NCBI GenBank assembly: GCA_963674695.2
Contig: CAXXGI010000001.1
Location: forward strand, 928,001 to 992,000
DNA length: 64,000 nucleotides
Reading direction: 5' to 3'
Source: a bacterium
GTDB taxonomy: Bacteria > UBA10199 > 2-02-FULL-44-16 > JAAZCA01
Made by a program: the position numbers and the translations under genes. Below the pieces are notes generated by a model. It was not told where the DNA came from. It saw only the letters and a list, made by a program, of their open reading frames with translations, and made no database searches. Positions 63,428-64,000 of the stretch are shown here, piece by piece. Position 1 is the first letter of the stretch; each line of letters opens with the position of its first letter.

Positions 63428-64000
63428 ATGACGAAGATCGACACACACGAACAAACCCTCATCCGCAAATTTCAAGCGGAGGTTCGCTCGACCGTCCTGG
63501 ATGCGACGGGTGAACAGATCGATACGGACCAGCTCTGTCAAGACGTCTGGGACCGTTACGAGAAAAGCCCGCGCTCCGAACTCTACCACGACGTCTTTCG
63601 CACGCTGCGCGAGGGCAATCACGTCCCAGGGAACGTCTGGGGAGGACTCCTCGGCAAGTGGGCACAGATCCTCAACGCGGACGCCATGGCGAGCACTCGC
63701 GCCAAACATGCACAGGAGATGAGGACAACCGGCACCGCGTCAACGCTCAGCACCTCTCCGGCGACGCCATCGCCGGAGACGCCGCTCTCGGCCTTTCGTC
63801 ACGCCATTCAGAAAATCGTTCTGGAATTGACGCACGAAACCCTCGACACCAACGAGGCCTGTTCAGCGATCTGGGGGGAATGGATCGCCGCGCCGTGGGA
63901 GATCACCCATCTCTACAAACTGCGTGCCGACCTCATGACCAGCCGGGTTCCCATCCAGGCCGTCGATGCCCTCATCACCGAATGGCGTCCCCGACTCGAG
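63428..64000 (+). CDS. Orphan protein, 5' part (runs off the window)
   Basis: Hand translation MTKIDTHEQTLIRKFQAEV...ETPLSAFR...WRPRLE is open to the window end. Confidence 0.7.
   Translation, partial: MTKIDTHEQTLIRKFQAEVRSTVLDATGEQIDTDQLCQDVWDRYEKSPRSELYHDVFRTLREGNHVPGNVWGGLLGKWAQILNADAMASTRAKHAQEMRTTGTASTLSTSPATPSPETPLSAFRHAIQKIVLELTHETLDTNEACSAIWGEWIAAPWEITHLYKLRADLMTSRVPIQAVDALITEWRPRLE

Overview
GC-rich bacterial chromosomal window. The gene content and C-terminal sorting signals suggest a deltaproteobacterial-grade lineage, but this is inference only. Recognisable blocks: tatC 3' end; ThrRS-like/uridine kinase fusion; TolC-HlyD-double ATPase-2 permease ABC exporter; comEA; kinase-dCMP deaminase fusion; GldA/F/G-DUF4340-OmpA ABC operon; AAA_14 ATPase; two S8 peptidases; L,D-transpeptidase; AsmA; tmk-holB-ricT-metG; FG-GAP and LRR surface proteins. 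The strongest candidate for an undescribed system is 45783-54321 (minus strand). It is an intact complex I membrane-arm operon in canonical order (nuoA-like, H, J, K, L, M, N) with no nuoB/C/D/E/F/G/I, and a secreted TPR-like protein occupies the slot of the peripheral-arm genes. NuoH has lost its quinone-site loops, and many proton-translocating residues are replaced, often isosterically (E->Q, H->Q, K->R). Divergent from it is an operon encoding a BrnQ transporter fused to a catalytically degenerate butyrate kinase, a plasmalogen-synthase/glycerol-ester-reductase-like Fe-S protein and a small membrane protein. Other signals: a shared AAC-N16-18-CGATA promoter motif before seven orphan genes; a sigma54 promoter plus tandem enhancer-like repeat before comEA; nested REP/MITE elements; and inverted 7/8-mer arrays at gene junctions. 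All assignments were made by eye from motifs and remembered reference sequences; no database search was run.
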